Source of the DNA: Candidatus Saccharimonadales bacterium
GTDB lineage: Bacteria; Patescibacteriota; Saccharimonadia; Saccharimonadales; UBA7683
Assembly (NCBI GenBank): GCA_046350615.1
Contig: JAXMAA010000001.1
Location: 268,263 to 332,262, forward strand
Reading direction: 5' to 3'
Length of the DNA: 64,000 bases
This document shows positions 38,469-47,464 of the stretch, piece after piece. Below the pieces are notes generated by a model. The model ran no database searches. It was not told the DNA's origin and saw nothing but the letters and a program-made list of their open reading frames with translations. The position numbers were made by a program, and so were the translations under genes. Each line of letters starts with the position of its first letter. Positions within the stretch are counted from its first letter, which is position 1.

Positions 38469-39332
38469 ATGCCACGTCCCACCACGCACGATGACCTCGT
38501 GCGCAAGAGCCGAGGGATCACCTCGGCCCACAAGGGCTTGGCCGGTCACACGGCCGAGCTCACCGAGCTCAAGACCCGGCTGCGGCAGGCGCAGGACCGC
38601 ATCGCCCAGATGCAGCCCACCGTCAGCCACGTGCCGGGTCACCAGCGCGGGCTGATCCGCCTCAGCGGGCGGATCAAGGCCCTCGACGCCCAGCTCAACG
38701 AGCTGCTGCACCGCGAGGCCACCGGCACCACCGGTGGCAAGGAGCCCAGCCCCACGCTGACGGCTGCCTGGCAGAAGGAGTTCGACCGCCTCCAGCAGGA
38801 GGTGCGCGGCTACTTCACGGACCTCGACAGCCAGATGGCTGCGATCCGCGATCGGCTCGACGAGCACGACCTCAAGTTCGCCAACCACGGCGAGCGGATC
38901 GAGGCCGTGGAGGTGCAGAGCAACGCGAACGCCACGGCGATCGCCAGCCTGCGCAGCCGCGTCGACGAGCGGGTCCACCCCGCGCTCTGGATCGCCTCCT
39001 TCGTGGGGGCCATCTTGGGCGGCCTGTTCATGGCCGTCTACGACTGGAGCAGGGTCATCAAGGTCAGCGAGACCACGACGACGGTCGGTAACCCGGCCCT
39101 CGACTCGTGGTTCGGCATCACGCTGGGCGCCCTCGTGGGGTTCTTCGTGGTGTTGGCGATCGGCATGCTCTTCAGCGCCCTCGCGGGCAACGATGAGCAG
39201 GAGGTGACCACCGCTTCGGCGGCGTCCGCCTCGAGCCGCATCGCGATGCGTGATGTGGCAGCTCCGCCGACGGCGGTGCAGCCGGTGATCCCGCAGCCAG
39301 CTTCGGTCGACCGGCCTCAGCCGGTCGCCTAG
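38469..39332 (+). CDS. Hypothetical coiled-coil membrane protein (island gene 1)
   Basis: ATG 38469 lies 5 nt after AGGAGG. The N-terminal ~170 aa are Gln/Leu/Arg-rich coiled-coil-like. There are two transmembrane helices (ALWIASFVGAILGGLFMAVYDW and WFGITLGALVGFFVVLAIGMLF) and an Ala/Pro-rich tail. Confidence 0.7.
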   Translation: MPRPTTHDDLVRKSRGITSAHKGLAGHTAELTELKTRLRQAQDRIAQMQPTVSHVPGHQRGLIRLSGRIKALDAQLNELLHREATGTTGGKEPSPTLTAAWQKEFDRLQQEVRGYFTDLDSQMAAIRDRLDEHDLKFANHGERIEAVEVQSNANATAIASLRSRVDERVHPALWIASFVGAILGGLFMAVYDWSRVIKVSETTTTVGNPALDSWFGITLGALVGFFVVLAIGMLFSALAGNDEQEVTTASAASASSRIAMRDVAAPPTAVQPVIPQPASVDRPQPVA

Positions 39333-39470
39333 CTGGCGCTGCCGAGCTCCCCATGAGGAGAAGGTTATGTGCACCTGGGTACTCGGGATACTAAATCCTG
39401 CCCAAAGCGCCGGGGGCAACAGCTACCCACAGTCCAACACGCTTCAACCACAATAGGAGGTAGCTCTCAA

Positions 39471-40529
39471 ATGAGCAGGCGTACCGCAAGTGCAGCGGGG
39501 GCGGTGGTGGCTTTGGCCCTACTGCTCCTGGCTGGGCTCATCATCACGGTGAGTTCCAGCAATGCCAAGGGCGACGGGGGTCCCCCCATCGACCCGAAGG
39601 CGAAGTGCGGAACCAAGACCGGTTTCCTGGCGGACTACGCCACTGGAAACCGGTTCGGTCCCGCGGTGACCGAGACCAACGTCGACAAGGTCAAGGAGCA
39701 GCTCCACACGGAGCGGTGTCTTGACCCGATGAAGGTCGTAGCTCACCTCGAGTACCAGGCCCGTGCCTACTCCTCTCCGGAGGAGCGGGCCGAGCACACG
39801 CGTCGGCTGCGGGACACCCCCAACGCCCGCGTGAGCGCGATCGCCAAGCTCGAGGCTCGGGAGCGTTCGGCCGTCAAGGTCGAGATCACCGAGATGAGCA
39901 ACGAGTACCAGACCATGTACGCGGTCAGCAAGGGGCACGACGTTCCGTACGTCTACGCCACCACCGCCGACCGTCCGCGGTTCAAGGTGCTCAAGTTCAG
40001 CTACTCGGACGGGTCGTGGGACGCGTACAAGCTGGATTGCGATTTCCAGCCCGTCGCGACCCGGTTCCCCGGGCTGCCGCAGTCGCCACCGCCTCCGGGC
40101 ACGACGACCACGGTTCCCGGGACCACCCCAGGCACCACTCCCGGAACGACCCCGGGCACTACGCCCGGTACGGTTCCTCCAGGCACGGTGCCGCCGGGGG
40201 TCACCACGACCACCAGGCCGGGGGTCACCACGACCACCAGGCCGGGTAGTACCACGACCACGACGGTCCCCCGGTGCACCCACAAGTGCTCCGAGGACAG
40301 CCCTGTGAGTTCGAACCCGAACGATCCCAACGAGAACGTTCGTCCGAACGGCACGGAGCCGCAGCGGCCGCCGACGACGGCTCCGGCTCCGCCGACGACC
40401 GTGGCCCCGCCGACGACGGTTGCGCCTCCCGCGCCCCCGCCGCCGACGACGGCTCCGGCTCCGCCGCCTGACGACAGCTGTGTCGACCCTCATGAGGTCG
40501 GCCTCTGCGAAAGGGCAAGGGCAGCCTAG
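39471..40529 (+). CDS. Hypothetical secreted/anchored protein with Thr/Pro-rich linkers (island gene 2)
   Basis: ATG 39471 lies 10 nt after AGGAGG. It has an N-terminal signal/anchor (AAGAVVALALLLLAGLIITVSS), a ~200-aa Cys-containing domain, (TTPG)n and PPTTVAPP repeats and a Cys-containing C-terminus. Confidence 0.7.
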   Translation: MSRRTASAAGAVVALALLLLAGLIITVSSSNAKGDGGPPIDPKAKCGTKTGFLADYATGNRFGPAVTETNVDKVKEQLHTERCLDPMKVVAHLEYQARAYSSPEERAEHTRRLRDTPNARVSAIAKLEARERSAVKVEITEMSNEYQTMYAVSKGHDVPYVYATTADRPRFKVLKFSYSDGSWDAYKLDCDFQPVATRFPGLPQSPPPPGTTTTVPGTTPGTTPGTTPGTTPGTVPPGTVPPGVTTTTRPGVTTTTRPGSTTTTTVPRCTHKCSEDSPVSSNPNDPNENVRPNGTEPQRPPTTAPAPPTTVAPPTTVAPPAPPPPTTAPAPPPDDSCVDPHEVGLCERARAA

Positions 40530-40673
40530 ACCGCGTGGCGGTCATCGGTACTTCACGGTACCGGCTGCGTGTAACACATAAGTTACTCGTAAGTTAACAA
40601 GGCCGTGAACAGGGTATGGGGAACCCGTGATGTCAGATCACAAAACCTTCGCGTTAGTTCGAATAGTAGACGG

Positions 40674-40720
40674 GAACGGATATACTCAAACCTTGCTTGC
40701 AAGCAAGAGTATATCCGTTC
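40674..40720. repeat. Long perfect palindrome at the right edge of the high-GC island
   Basis: gaacggatatactc-aaaccttgcttgcaagcaa-gagtatatccgttc: a 14-bp stem whose loop is itself palindromic (cttgcttgcaagcaag). No T-run follows. Confidence 0.6.
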
Positions 40721-40882
40721 ACAACACCTTATAACCTGTAATGATTTGACTATCTTCCGTGGCTTTTTGTACTTCATCCCTTTTAGGTATGATGAACTTT
40801 AAAAATTTGGTACCGAAGTGTGTTTATTTTTTAAAGTTCATCAATTTATTTAATTTCGAGTAATCGAAGGAAAGGAAGGCTT

Positions 40883-42841
40883 ATGAAGAAATTTATAAAC
40901 TTTCTGAAACGCCACGGCAAGAAGATTGCAGCAATTGTTGCAACCGCTTCTGCGGTAGGTCTCGCCGGAGCCGCAATTGCTGGCTTTGGGCCAGATCGCC
41001 CAACCAAAGCCTATTACAATAACGTACCCGGCTTTGACTATGTTACTTTTAACTCATTCACCGGTGTTCCTAACATCGGTGATGAAAGAAACTTCTTGAC
41101 TGGTAAAATTGCCGGTGCAGATGGTGGTTTTTACGACCCAATGACGAAACTCCGAGCAAACGACGAGGTTCTGATGCGGGTTTACGTTCACAACAACGCC
41201 GACCCAAGCTTAAATGCAAGTGGTCAAGGTGTTGCTAAAAACACGAAAGTTCGCGTTGAATTACCAAATGCTGAAACAATTGCCCAAAACCAGAGCGCTA
41301 AAGCGTTTATTTCGGCCGACAATGCTCAGCCACAAGAAATTTACGACACGCTCGATATGAAAGCTGAAGATAGCAGTGCATTTGCAATTCAGTATGTGCC
41401 CGGTTCAGCAACAGTTACCAGCAACGAAGGTACACAACCAGTAAGCGATGCTATTGTAGCTGGTGGTGTAAATTTTGGTGACGAAAAGGGTTGTTTCGAG
41501 TATGTAAAACTTGTTACCTTTAAGGTAAAAGTAACTGCTCCAAACTATACGCTTGAAAAAACTGTTCGTCCTGATGGTTCAACTTCAGTCAACGACTGGA
41601 AAGAAACCATGCAAGTACAGCCAGGTGCAACGGTTGAGTGGCGCCTGAACTTCAAGAACACCGGTTCTATGCAGCTCAAAGATACCAAACTGGTAGATAA
41701 CGTTCCTGCAAAAACTACTGTTGTTCCTGGAAGCGTAAAACTGTACGACACCAACTTCCCTACTGGATACCAGTATCCTGATACTGCAATTCAGGCGAAT
41801 GGCAAGCAAATTAATCTTAGTGTTGGCAATACCAACCCAGGTGTACGAGCAATCGTTACCTTTAAGACTAAAGTTGCTGCTGCAAAGGACCTTGAATGTG
41901 GTCTTAATACGCTCAAGAACGTTGCTTACGCAACTCCAACCAATGGATTTGGTACCATCACTGATGATGCTACCGTAACCGTTAACGGAAAAGAGTGTGA
42001 GCCTGAGAAGCCTAATTTTGAGATCGTGAAAGATGTTCGAAAGAAGGGCGATACTACGTGGCAGCAAGATGTGACGGTTGAGTATGGCAATACAGTTGAA
42101 TACCGTGTTGTCGTAAAAAACACTGGCACAACCGACCTTAAGAACGTAGTTGTAAAAGACAAGCGACCAACTGGCGTAGACTATGTTGCTGGCAGCCTGA
42201 AGGTAAATGGTCAAACAAACAGCGGTGATCTCTTTGGTGCAGGCGTTACTATCGCCGAAATCAAGAAGGGTGCACAAGCTGAAATTACCTTTGACGCAAA
42301 GGTAACAAAAGGCCAGACTGACAAATGTGAAGTGAAGAAATTCCGTAACATTGCCAGTGCAAAGCCTGAAGGTCTCACCGAAAAAGAAGATGATGCTAAC
42401 GTCACTACCAAATGTGATGTTCCTGCTAAATACGAATGTAAGGCAGTAAACATTGTAGCCCTTGGTAACAACAACTACCGCATTAGCGTAGCTGTTAATA
42501 CTGAAGGTGGTGTAACTGTTAATAAGTACATCTACAATTACGGCGACGGCTCTGCTGAATTCAACACTGATAAAAACACTGTTGATCATCAGTACAGCAA
42601 ACCTGGCGAATACAACATCGCTGTTCGTGTCATCTTCAACGTTGGCAACGAACAAAAAGATGCTCGTTGTACTGCCAAGGTAGTTGTTCCGGCAACTCCT
42701 GAGAAACCAACAACTCCAGTAACCAACATCCCGAAGACTGGTGCTGGTAATGTTGTTGCAGGACTCTTCGGTACCAGCGCAACGGCATATGTAGCATATG
42801 CCTGGGTCGTAAGCCGACGTAACCTAAAGAGCAATCTTTAG
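40883..42841 (+). CDS. Sortase-anchored surface protein with DUF11-like repeat domains and a PKD domain
   Basis: It has a signal peptide, repeated ~100-aa beta-rich modules (pattern VxYxxxVxNxGxxxxxNVxVxD), a PKD-like segment (YNYGDGS...HQYSKPGEYNIAVRV) and a C-terminal IPKTG motif followed by a hydrophobic stretch and an SRRNLK positive tail (LPXTG-type sorting signal). RBS GGAAAGGAAGG. Confidence 0.8.
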   Translation: MKKFINFLKRHGKKIAAIVATASAVGLAGAAIAGFGPDRPTKAYYNNVPGFDYVTFNSFTGVPNIGDERNFLTGKIAGADGGFYDPMTKLRANDEVLMRVYVHNNADPSLNASGQGVAKNTKVRVELPNAETIAQNQSAKAFISADNAQPQEIYDTLDMKAEDSSAFAIQYVPGSATVTSNEGTQPVSDAIVAGGVNFGDEKGCFEYVKLVTFKVKVTAPNYTLEKTVRPDGSTSVNDWKETMQVQPGATVEWRLNFKNTGSMQLKDTKLVDNVPAKTTVVPGSVKLYDTNFPTGYQYPDTAIQANGKQINLSVGNTNPGVRAIVTFKTKVAAAKDLECGLNTLKNVAYATPTNGFGTITDDATVTVNGKECEPEKPNFEIVKDVRKKGDTTWQQDVTVEYGNTVEYRVVVKNTGTTDLKNVVVKDKRPTGVDYVAGSLKVNGQTNSGDLFGAGVTIAEIKKGAQAEITFDAKVTKGQTDKCEVKKFRNIASAKPEGLTEKEDDANVTTKCDVPAKYECKAVNIVALGNNNYRISVAVNTEGGVTVNKYIYNYGDGSAEFNTDKNTVDHQYSKPGEYNIAVRVIFNVGNEQKDARCTAKVVVPATPEKPTTPVTNIPKTGAGNVVAGLFGTSATAYVAYAWVVSRRNLKSNL

Positions 42842-42868
42842 ACATACTGACCGCTCTCGGCCAAGCAC

Positions 42869-42904
42869 AAAACTCCCGCTTATTTTAGGCGGGAGTTTTT
42901 GTTT
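42869..42904 (+). terminator. Rho-independent terminator after the surface-protein gene
   Basis: aaactcccgc-ttatttta-ggcgggagttt followed by a T-run. Confidence 0.75.
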
Positions 42905-42923
42905 GTGTAAAAAACTTAAGCTA

Positions 42924-43015
42924 GATCCTTCGACTGCGCTCAGGATGACACCTGCATCACCGGCCCTTTCTAAGAACTAAACTCTGAGATCTACTTGCTA
43001 TCTGCTCAGGGCTTC
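42924..43015. repeat. Composite repeat: hairpin mini-repeat (AGGATGAC subtype) plus family-2-like motif
   Basis: gatccttcgactgcgctcaggatgac is the reverse complement of the 7580/63152 copies. It is followed by ctaagaactaaactctgagatctacttgctatctgctcagg (compare 5211-5250). Confidence 0.6.
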
Positions 43016-43633
43016 CCCTACTTTAAGGTAGGTAAATTTCGCATTCATCTCCTCAAGCGCCAGTTTGATGTAGTGGTAATTTACCTGCTCGCCAAATTCA
43101 CTGAGGGTACCGTTATGTGCTGGGAATGCCTGTTTTGGCTTTACGGCTTTTAAAAATTCAATTACTTCGCTCACTTTAAGCCACGGTGCGGCTGCGGGAA
43201 AGGCCACAATTTCTACCGGTTTGTTTGGTAGGGCATAGGAATCTCCTGGATAGTAAAGCGTGTTATTCACTAGCACACCAACGTTTTTACAGGGCACCTG
43301 CTGGTAAATTATTTCGTGCTCGCCGCCAAAGAATTCGAGCGTCAATAAACTGTTGGTAACAGTTTCGCCTGGTTGAATGGTAACTTTCGTAACCTCAAGT
43401 TCGTCTAGCTCTGCCAATACCTCATCGGTTGCATACAGTGTGAGACCAGGATTGCTGGCCGCTAGTTTTTGCAGATTTGGTACATGCAAGTGGTCTGCAT
43501 GAATATGCGTAATCAACACCGCCGAAACCGCACTCAGCTCCGGCAATTCGGCCAGTACTCCCGGATCAATCACCAGCTGCTCGCCAGCCTCCTCAACAAC
43601 CAAACACGCGTGTTGATATTTTGTAATCTGCAT
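42998..43633 (-). CDS. MBL-fold metallo-hydrolase
   Basis: LITHIHADHLH (HxHxDH motif). The preferred start is MQITKYQ at 43633. Confidence 0.75.
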   Translation of the reverse strand: MQITKYQHACLVVEEAGEQLVIDPGVLAELPELSAVSAVLITHIHADHLHVPNLQKLAASNPGLTLYATDEVLAELDELEVTKVTIQPGETVTNSLLTLEFFGGEHEIIYQQVPCKNVGVLVNNTLYYPGDSYALPNKPVEIVAFPAAAPWLKVSEVIEFLKAVKPKQAFPAHNGTLSEFGEQVNYHYIKLALEEMNAKFTYLKVGEALSR

Positions 43634-43655
43634 CTTCCCTCCTTTATAAAGCTGC

Positions 43656-45383
43656 CTACATTTTTTCAGGTGTACCAATGCCAAGCAACTTCAGGCCTTC
43701 TTCAAGCGTCTTTGCATAATAAGCCACGAGCCTTAGACGAATAGGCTCTCGGTCATCACCTATCACTTTACTGCCCTCGTAAAAACGGTTGAACTCCTGA
43801 GCCAGCTCGTATAAATAGGTACAGATATGATGGGACATGAGCTCGTTTGTAGCTCGTTCAATAACCTCTTCGTATTCTCCCAACTTTCTAACCAAGGTAC
43901 GCTCGGCTGGCTCGAGGCTTCCCGTCGCGCCATCTTGAGCGTATTGAGATATCTTGCCAGATCCTTCAACTTCACTGGCGTTTCGTTCAGGATGACCCGC
44001 TACGCTGGCTTTGTTAAGAATTGAGCCTGCTCTTGCAAGCGCATATTGAAGATATGGTCCGCTGTTACCCTGCAGACTTACTGACTCTTTTGGATCGTAT
44101 ATGATGTCGCCGCCCATACGCTGCCTCAGAAAGGCATACTTTACGGCCCCAAGACTTACATCTTCCCTACCTTCTCCTGCGTTTGCCTCGGCATTAGCTC
44201 GATTAGCAACATCAAGCACATCTACTGCGCGAAGAAAGTTTCCTTTACGGCTACTCATTTTAACACCGCCGGCCAACTTTACTTGCCCATGTGTCAGATG
44301 CGTGGTTCGAGAGGTGGCTTCTGGCAAGAAAGCTTCAAGGCTTTTCATGACAACTTTCATGTATTCAATAATGTCGTTGCCAGTAATGATGACGCTCTTA
44401 TCAAACTGGTAATCTTGCCATTTTTTCAGCGCTAAGCCGACATCTTTAGCCTCATATGTTGGAAGCCCATTGGCATTAATAAACACACGTGTATGTAGCC
44501 CATATGGCTCACCTTTAAAAACAACTGCACCGTTAGACTCTTCGTATACATTCCCTGTGTGTTCTTTTACTGTTTGCAAACCAATTGGTGCTGTTTGGCT
44601 TTCTGGATAGTACTTTTCAAAGGTAGTGCCTATTCGTGCGTAAAATGCATCGAAGTACGCATAGCTCCATTCACGGCACATCCAGTAAATTTGTGCGAGA
44701 GGTGTAGTTTTATCTTGCTGCGTATGAAAATTGTAGATTTGCTTGTTGATAGCAGTGATGGCATCTTTAGCCGACCCACCATCTTCATAGGCCGTATTTC
44801 CTGCCTGATAACACTGTGCCATCCAGTCAGCTCGCTCGGTCTGGGCAATCTCGGCAAGCTGCTCGGGCTTCTCTCCGCCTAACGCTTGCTTTATCCCCCA
44901 AAGCGCTTTGGCAACATGCAGTCCAACGTCGCCACCAAAGTTAACCCGGTGTACCGTAGCGCCCGCATTTTCAAGAAGGTTCGCAATGGCATCTCCCATG
45001 ACAGATGTATATAAGTGACCTGCGTGAAGTACCTTAAACGGATTCGGATCTGAATACTCCGCCACGATTATCTGGCCAGCAAGTGGCTTTGCGGCAGTTT
45101 TGTCGAGCATTGCCAACAAAGTGTTATCGGTAAGTGTAATATTAATAAAACCAGGGCCAGCCACCTCTACCTTCTCTACCAGTTCGCTTTTGATATTTTC
45201 AGCAATCTGCTTCGCGATCTCGCGTGGATTTTGGCCAAGTTTTTTACCAAGACGTAAGGCTATGTTAGTTGCAAAATCACCAAATTGCTCATCAGTACGA
45301 GTAAGCTCAACTGTCTCCTCAACACCAAACAAATCAGTAACTACCTTTTCTACTAACTCAGAAATCTCATACATTAAACTCAT
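43656..45383 (-). CDS. argS: Arginine--tRNA ligase
   Basis: N-terminal Arg-tRNA-synthetase add-on domain, HAGHLYTSVMGD (HIGH-like), the catalytic core, KMSSRKGN (KMSK) and a DALR anticodon-binding region. Confidence 0.95.
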   Translation of the reverse strand: MSLMYEISELVEKVVTDLFGVEETVELTRTDEQFGDFATNIALRLGKKLGQNPREIAKQIAENIKSELVEKVEVAGPGFINITLTDNTLLAMLDKTAAKPLAGQIIVAEYSDPNPFKVLHAGHLYTSVMGDAIANLLENAGATVHRVNFGGDVGLHVAKALWGIKQALGGEKPEQLAEIAQTERADWMAQCYQAGNTAYEDGGSAKDAITAINKQIYNFHTQQDKTTPLAQIYWMCREWSYAYFDAFYARIGTTFEKYYPESQTAPIGLQTVKEHTGNVYEESNGAVVFKGEPYGLHTRVFINANGLPTYEAKDVGLALKKWQDYQFDKSVIITGNDIIEYMKVVMKSLEAFLPEATSRTTHLTHGQVKLAGGVKMSSRKGNFLRAVDVLDVANRANAEANAGEGREDVSLGAVKYAFLRQRMGGDIIYDPKESVSLQGNSGPYLQYALARAGSILNKASVAGHPERNASEVEGSGKISQYAQDGATGSLEPAERTLVRKLGEYEEVIERATNELMSHHICTYLYELAQEFNRFYEGSKVIGDDREPIRLRLVAYYAKTLEEGLKLLGIGTPEKM

Positions 45384-45435
45384 TATACCACTTTCACATC
45401 TGTAAAATTAAAAAGAACCCTTTAACAGGCTCTTT

Positions 45436-45530
45436 TGGCGGAGGAGGGGAGATTCGAACTCCCGCGCCGGATTTCTCCAACCTAACGATTTAGCAAACCG
45501 TCCCCTTCAGCCACTTGGGTACTCCTCCGC
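45436..45530 (-). tRNA. tRNA-Ser (anticodon GCU) with long variable arm; CCA encoded
   Basis: rc: GCGGAGGAGTACCCAAGTGGCTGAAGGGGACGGTTTGCTAAATCGTTAGGTTGGAGAAATCCGGCGCGGGAGTTCGAATCTCCCCTCCTCCGCCA. Anticodon stem ACGGT/ATCGT, loop TTGCTAA, T-arm GGGAGTTCGAATCTCCC. Confidence 0.9.
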
Positions 45531-45617
45531 GTCTTGCGCGGTCACAATCGATGCGACTTGTCGATTATAGCGCATATCCCCTCTGTTGTCAGCAAAACAT
45601 GGTATGCTTTTAATTAA

Positions 45618-46232
45618 ATGGCTGGTCATACAACTCTCCTAAATATCTGCATGATTCCATCTAGTGCTGTTGCGGTACAATGCGTTTCACTCAGCCAGAG
45701 TTTTGATGATGCGATAGTTCGCTTTAGGCTTGGTGATGGGCTCTTCCCGCACGCAACGATCTACATGGCACGTTTTGAATACAGTTCTTTGCCGGCAGTT
45801 AGAAACACTTTGCAAGAAACTATATCTAAGCTTCAACCCATAAAGCTTATTCATAGCGGATATTATCAAACACCTGGTCAGTATATTGAGGTTTCGTACC
45901 AAAGAACCGAGGAGCTCCTTATGCTGCACCATCAAGTAGTACAGGCCGTTAAACGGTACCGCTACAAGCCCAAAGCGCCTGAGTACGAGAGCTTCTGGGG
46001 TGCATATGAGGATCAGCAACAAAAATACGCCAAGCAAACGGGCTACGACCTTGCATACGACCTGTATCGACCGCACATTACACTCACCCGCTATAAGGAG
46101 GGTAGAACTCCGGCTGAATTTCCAGCATTTCCTCAAGCAGATCTTTCTTTCATGTTACCAAAGATTGCGTTGTATAAAGCTGATGCAAATGGCGCGATTT
46201 ATGAGGAAGTCGCCACTTTTGAAATTACTTAG
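45618..46232 (+). CDS. 2H phosphoesterase superfamily protein (LigT/2'-5' RNA ligase-like)
   Basis: Two H-x-T/S-x motifs: PHATIYMARF and PHITLTRY. Confidence 0.65.
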   Translation: MAGHTTLLNICMIPSSAVAVQCVSLSQSFDDAIVRFRLGDGLFPHATIYMARFEYSSLPAVRNTLQETISKLQPIKLIHSGYYQTPGQYIEVSYQRTEELLMLHHQVVQAVKRYRYKPKAPEYESFWGAYEDQQQKYAKQTGYDLAYDLYRPHITLTRYKEGRTPAEFPAFPQADLSFMLPKIALYKADANGAIYEEVATFEIT

Positions 46233-46933
46233 ATCTCGAGATATTTTCTGCGCGTTTGCTGGTCAAAATGTTCGATAGCATAGCGTAGTGTTGTGCGAGG
46301 CATTTCGTGAGCATGTTGATTAAGAAAATCTATCAGTAGCTGCCTATCGCACCGCTTGCCCATCTCACGCAACATCCAGCCGACAGCTTTGTGCATTAAG
46401 TCTTGGTCATCATGCAGTAAGGTTTTGGCGAGTTTTATGGTGACATCTGGCTCGCCTTTCATTAAAAAATAGTATGTGGCGATAATAGCGATACGCCTCT
46501 CCCACAGTATTTTTGAACCCGCAAGTTGGTCGAGCACCGGAAGCGATTCTTGGTGATGGTACACATAGCCTCCCACGATATCACGGGCCGACGTATCTAC
46601 CAGATCCCAGTTGTTGACATGTTTTGTGTGCGATAAATAAAACTGATACAGCTCGCGCTGAGCATCTGGCCAGGCTTTTTTGAACTGATTAACCATAATT
46701 ATGAGGGCAAGAAACCGCTCTTCATGCCACTCACTTCTTAAGAGCTGTTCAATATCTGCAAGCGGCAACGCGGCAAACTTTTTAGCAACAATCCGTGTAT
46801 TCGGAACAGTAATTCCCATGAACTCATCACCCTCACCATACTCCCCTACCCCCGTTTTAAAAAACCTCGGGAAGAAGGCTGCTTTTTCAGGATCAACATA
46901 CTTTTTCAGCTCAACACGCAGTTCTTCTACCAT
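46229..46933 (-). CDS. DNA alkylation repair protein (AlkC/AlkD HEAT-like repeat family)
   Basis: FFKTGVGEYGEGDEFMGITVPNTR..., ...WDLVDTSA... and ...KAVGWMLRE... are collinear with AlkD-family proteins. Confidence 0.75.
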   Translation of the reverse strand: MVEELRVELKKYVDPEKAAFFPRFFKTGVGEYGEGDEFMGITVPNTRIVAKKFAALPLADIEQLLRSEWHEERFLALIIMVNQFKKAWPDAQRELYQFYLSHTKHVNNWDLVDTSARDIVGGYVYHHQESLPVLDQLAGSKILWERRIAIIATYYFLMKGEPDVTIKLAKTLLHDDQDLMHKAVGWMLREMGKRCDRQLLIDFLNQHAHEMPRTTLRYAIEHFDQQTRRKYLEI

Positions 46934-46957
46934 TACTGGTAGTGTACACTAACAGAT

Positions 46958-47425
46958 ATGAGAATTACCATTTTGGCCATAGGCAAGAAGCATGAGCCAA
47001 AGCTTGAGGCGGCTATCTTAGATTACACGAAGCGGCTCGGCCACTACACGCAAGCTACATGGAAGTTGGTTGAGATGAAGCTCGGCAACTCGTCCGCCGA
47101 AGAAATCAAAAGAGCTGAAACAAAGCTACTGATAGCCCAGATCAAACCAGAAGATAAAGTAATATTGCTCGATGAAACTGGCGTACAGCTCAGTTCACCA
47201 GAAAACGCCGAAAAGCTCCAAAAGCACCTCAACAAAGGTACGAAACACTTAGTTTTTATTATTGGCGGAGCTTATGGAGTAACTGACGAGCTCAAAACAC
47301 GAGCTGATTTCATCTGGTCGCTCTCCCCGCTTGTCTTCCCTCACCAATTAGTTCGTTTAATCTTAGTCGAGCAACTCTACCGCGCCCACACCATCTTAGC
47401 CAGCGAAAAGTACCACCACGCCTAG
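46958..47425 (+). CDS. rlmH: 23S rRNA (pseudouridine1915-N3)-methyltransferase
   Basis: MRITILAIGKKHEPKLEAAILDYTKRL (SPOUT RlmH N-terminus) and LDETGVQLSS...FIIGGAYGV. Confidence 0.9.
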   Translation: MRITILAIGKKHEPKLEAAILDYTKRLGHYTQATWKLVEMKLGNSSAEEIKRAETKLLIAQIKPEDKVILLDETGVQLSSPENAEKLQKHLNKGTKHLVFIIGGAYGVTDELKTRADFIWSLSPLVFPHQLVRLILVEQLYRAHTILASEKYHHA

Positions 47426-47464
47426 AAGAATACCTCGGACATAGTATTTCCTGGCTTAGTTTAG

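Larger units (their letters stand above)
38440..40560 (+). other. High-GC (~65-70%) island within a ~45% GC genome: candidate horizontally acquired DNA of actinobacterial-like composition
   Basis: Abrupt compositional shift at both edges. Both ORFs have strong GC3 bias on the + strand, AGGAGG Shine-Dalgarno sequences and actinobacterial-style TTPGTTPG linkers. The minus-strand ORFs in the track here (38328..39419, 39519..40493) are antisense artefacts of the high GC. Confidence 0.7.

Noticed and set aside
38328-40493. Long minus-strand ORFs (38328..39419, 39519..40493, 40001..40354, 40225..40545) in the high-GC island
   Set aside because: These are antisense open frames that arise automatically in high-GC DNA. 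The plus-strand frames carry the GC3 bias and Shine-Dalgarno sequences and give coherent proteins (coiled-coil plus TM; signal peptide plus TP-linkers), so the plus strand is coding.
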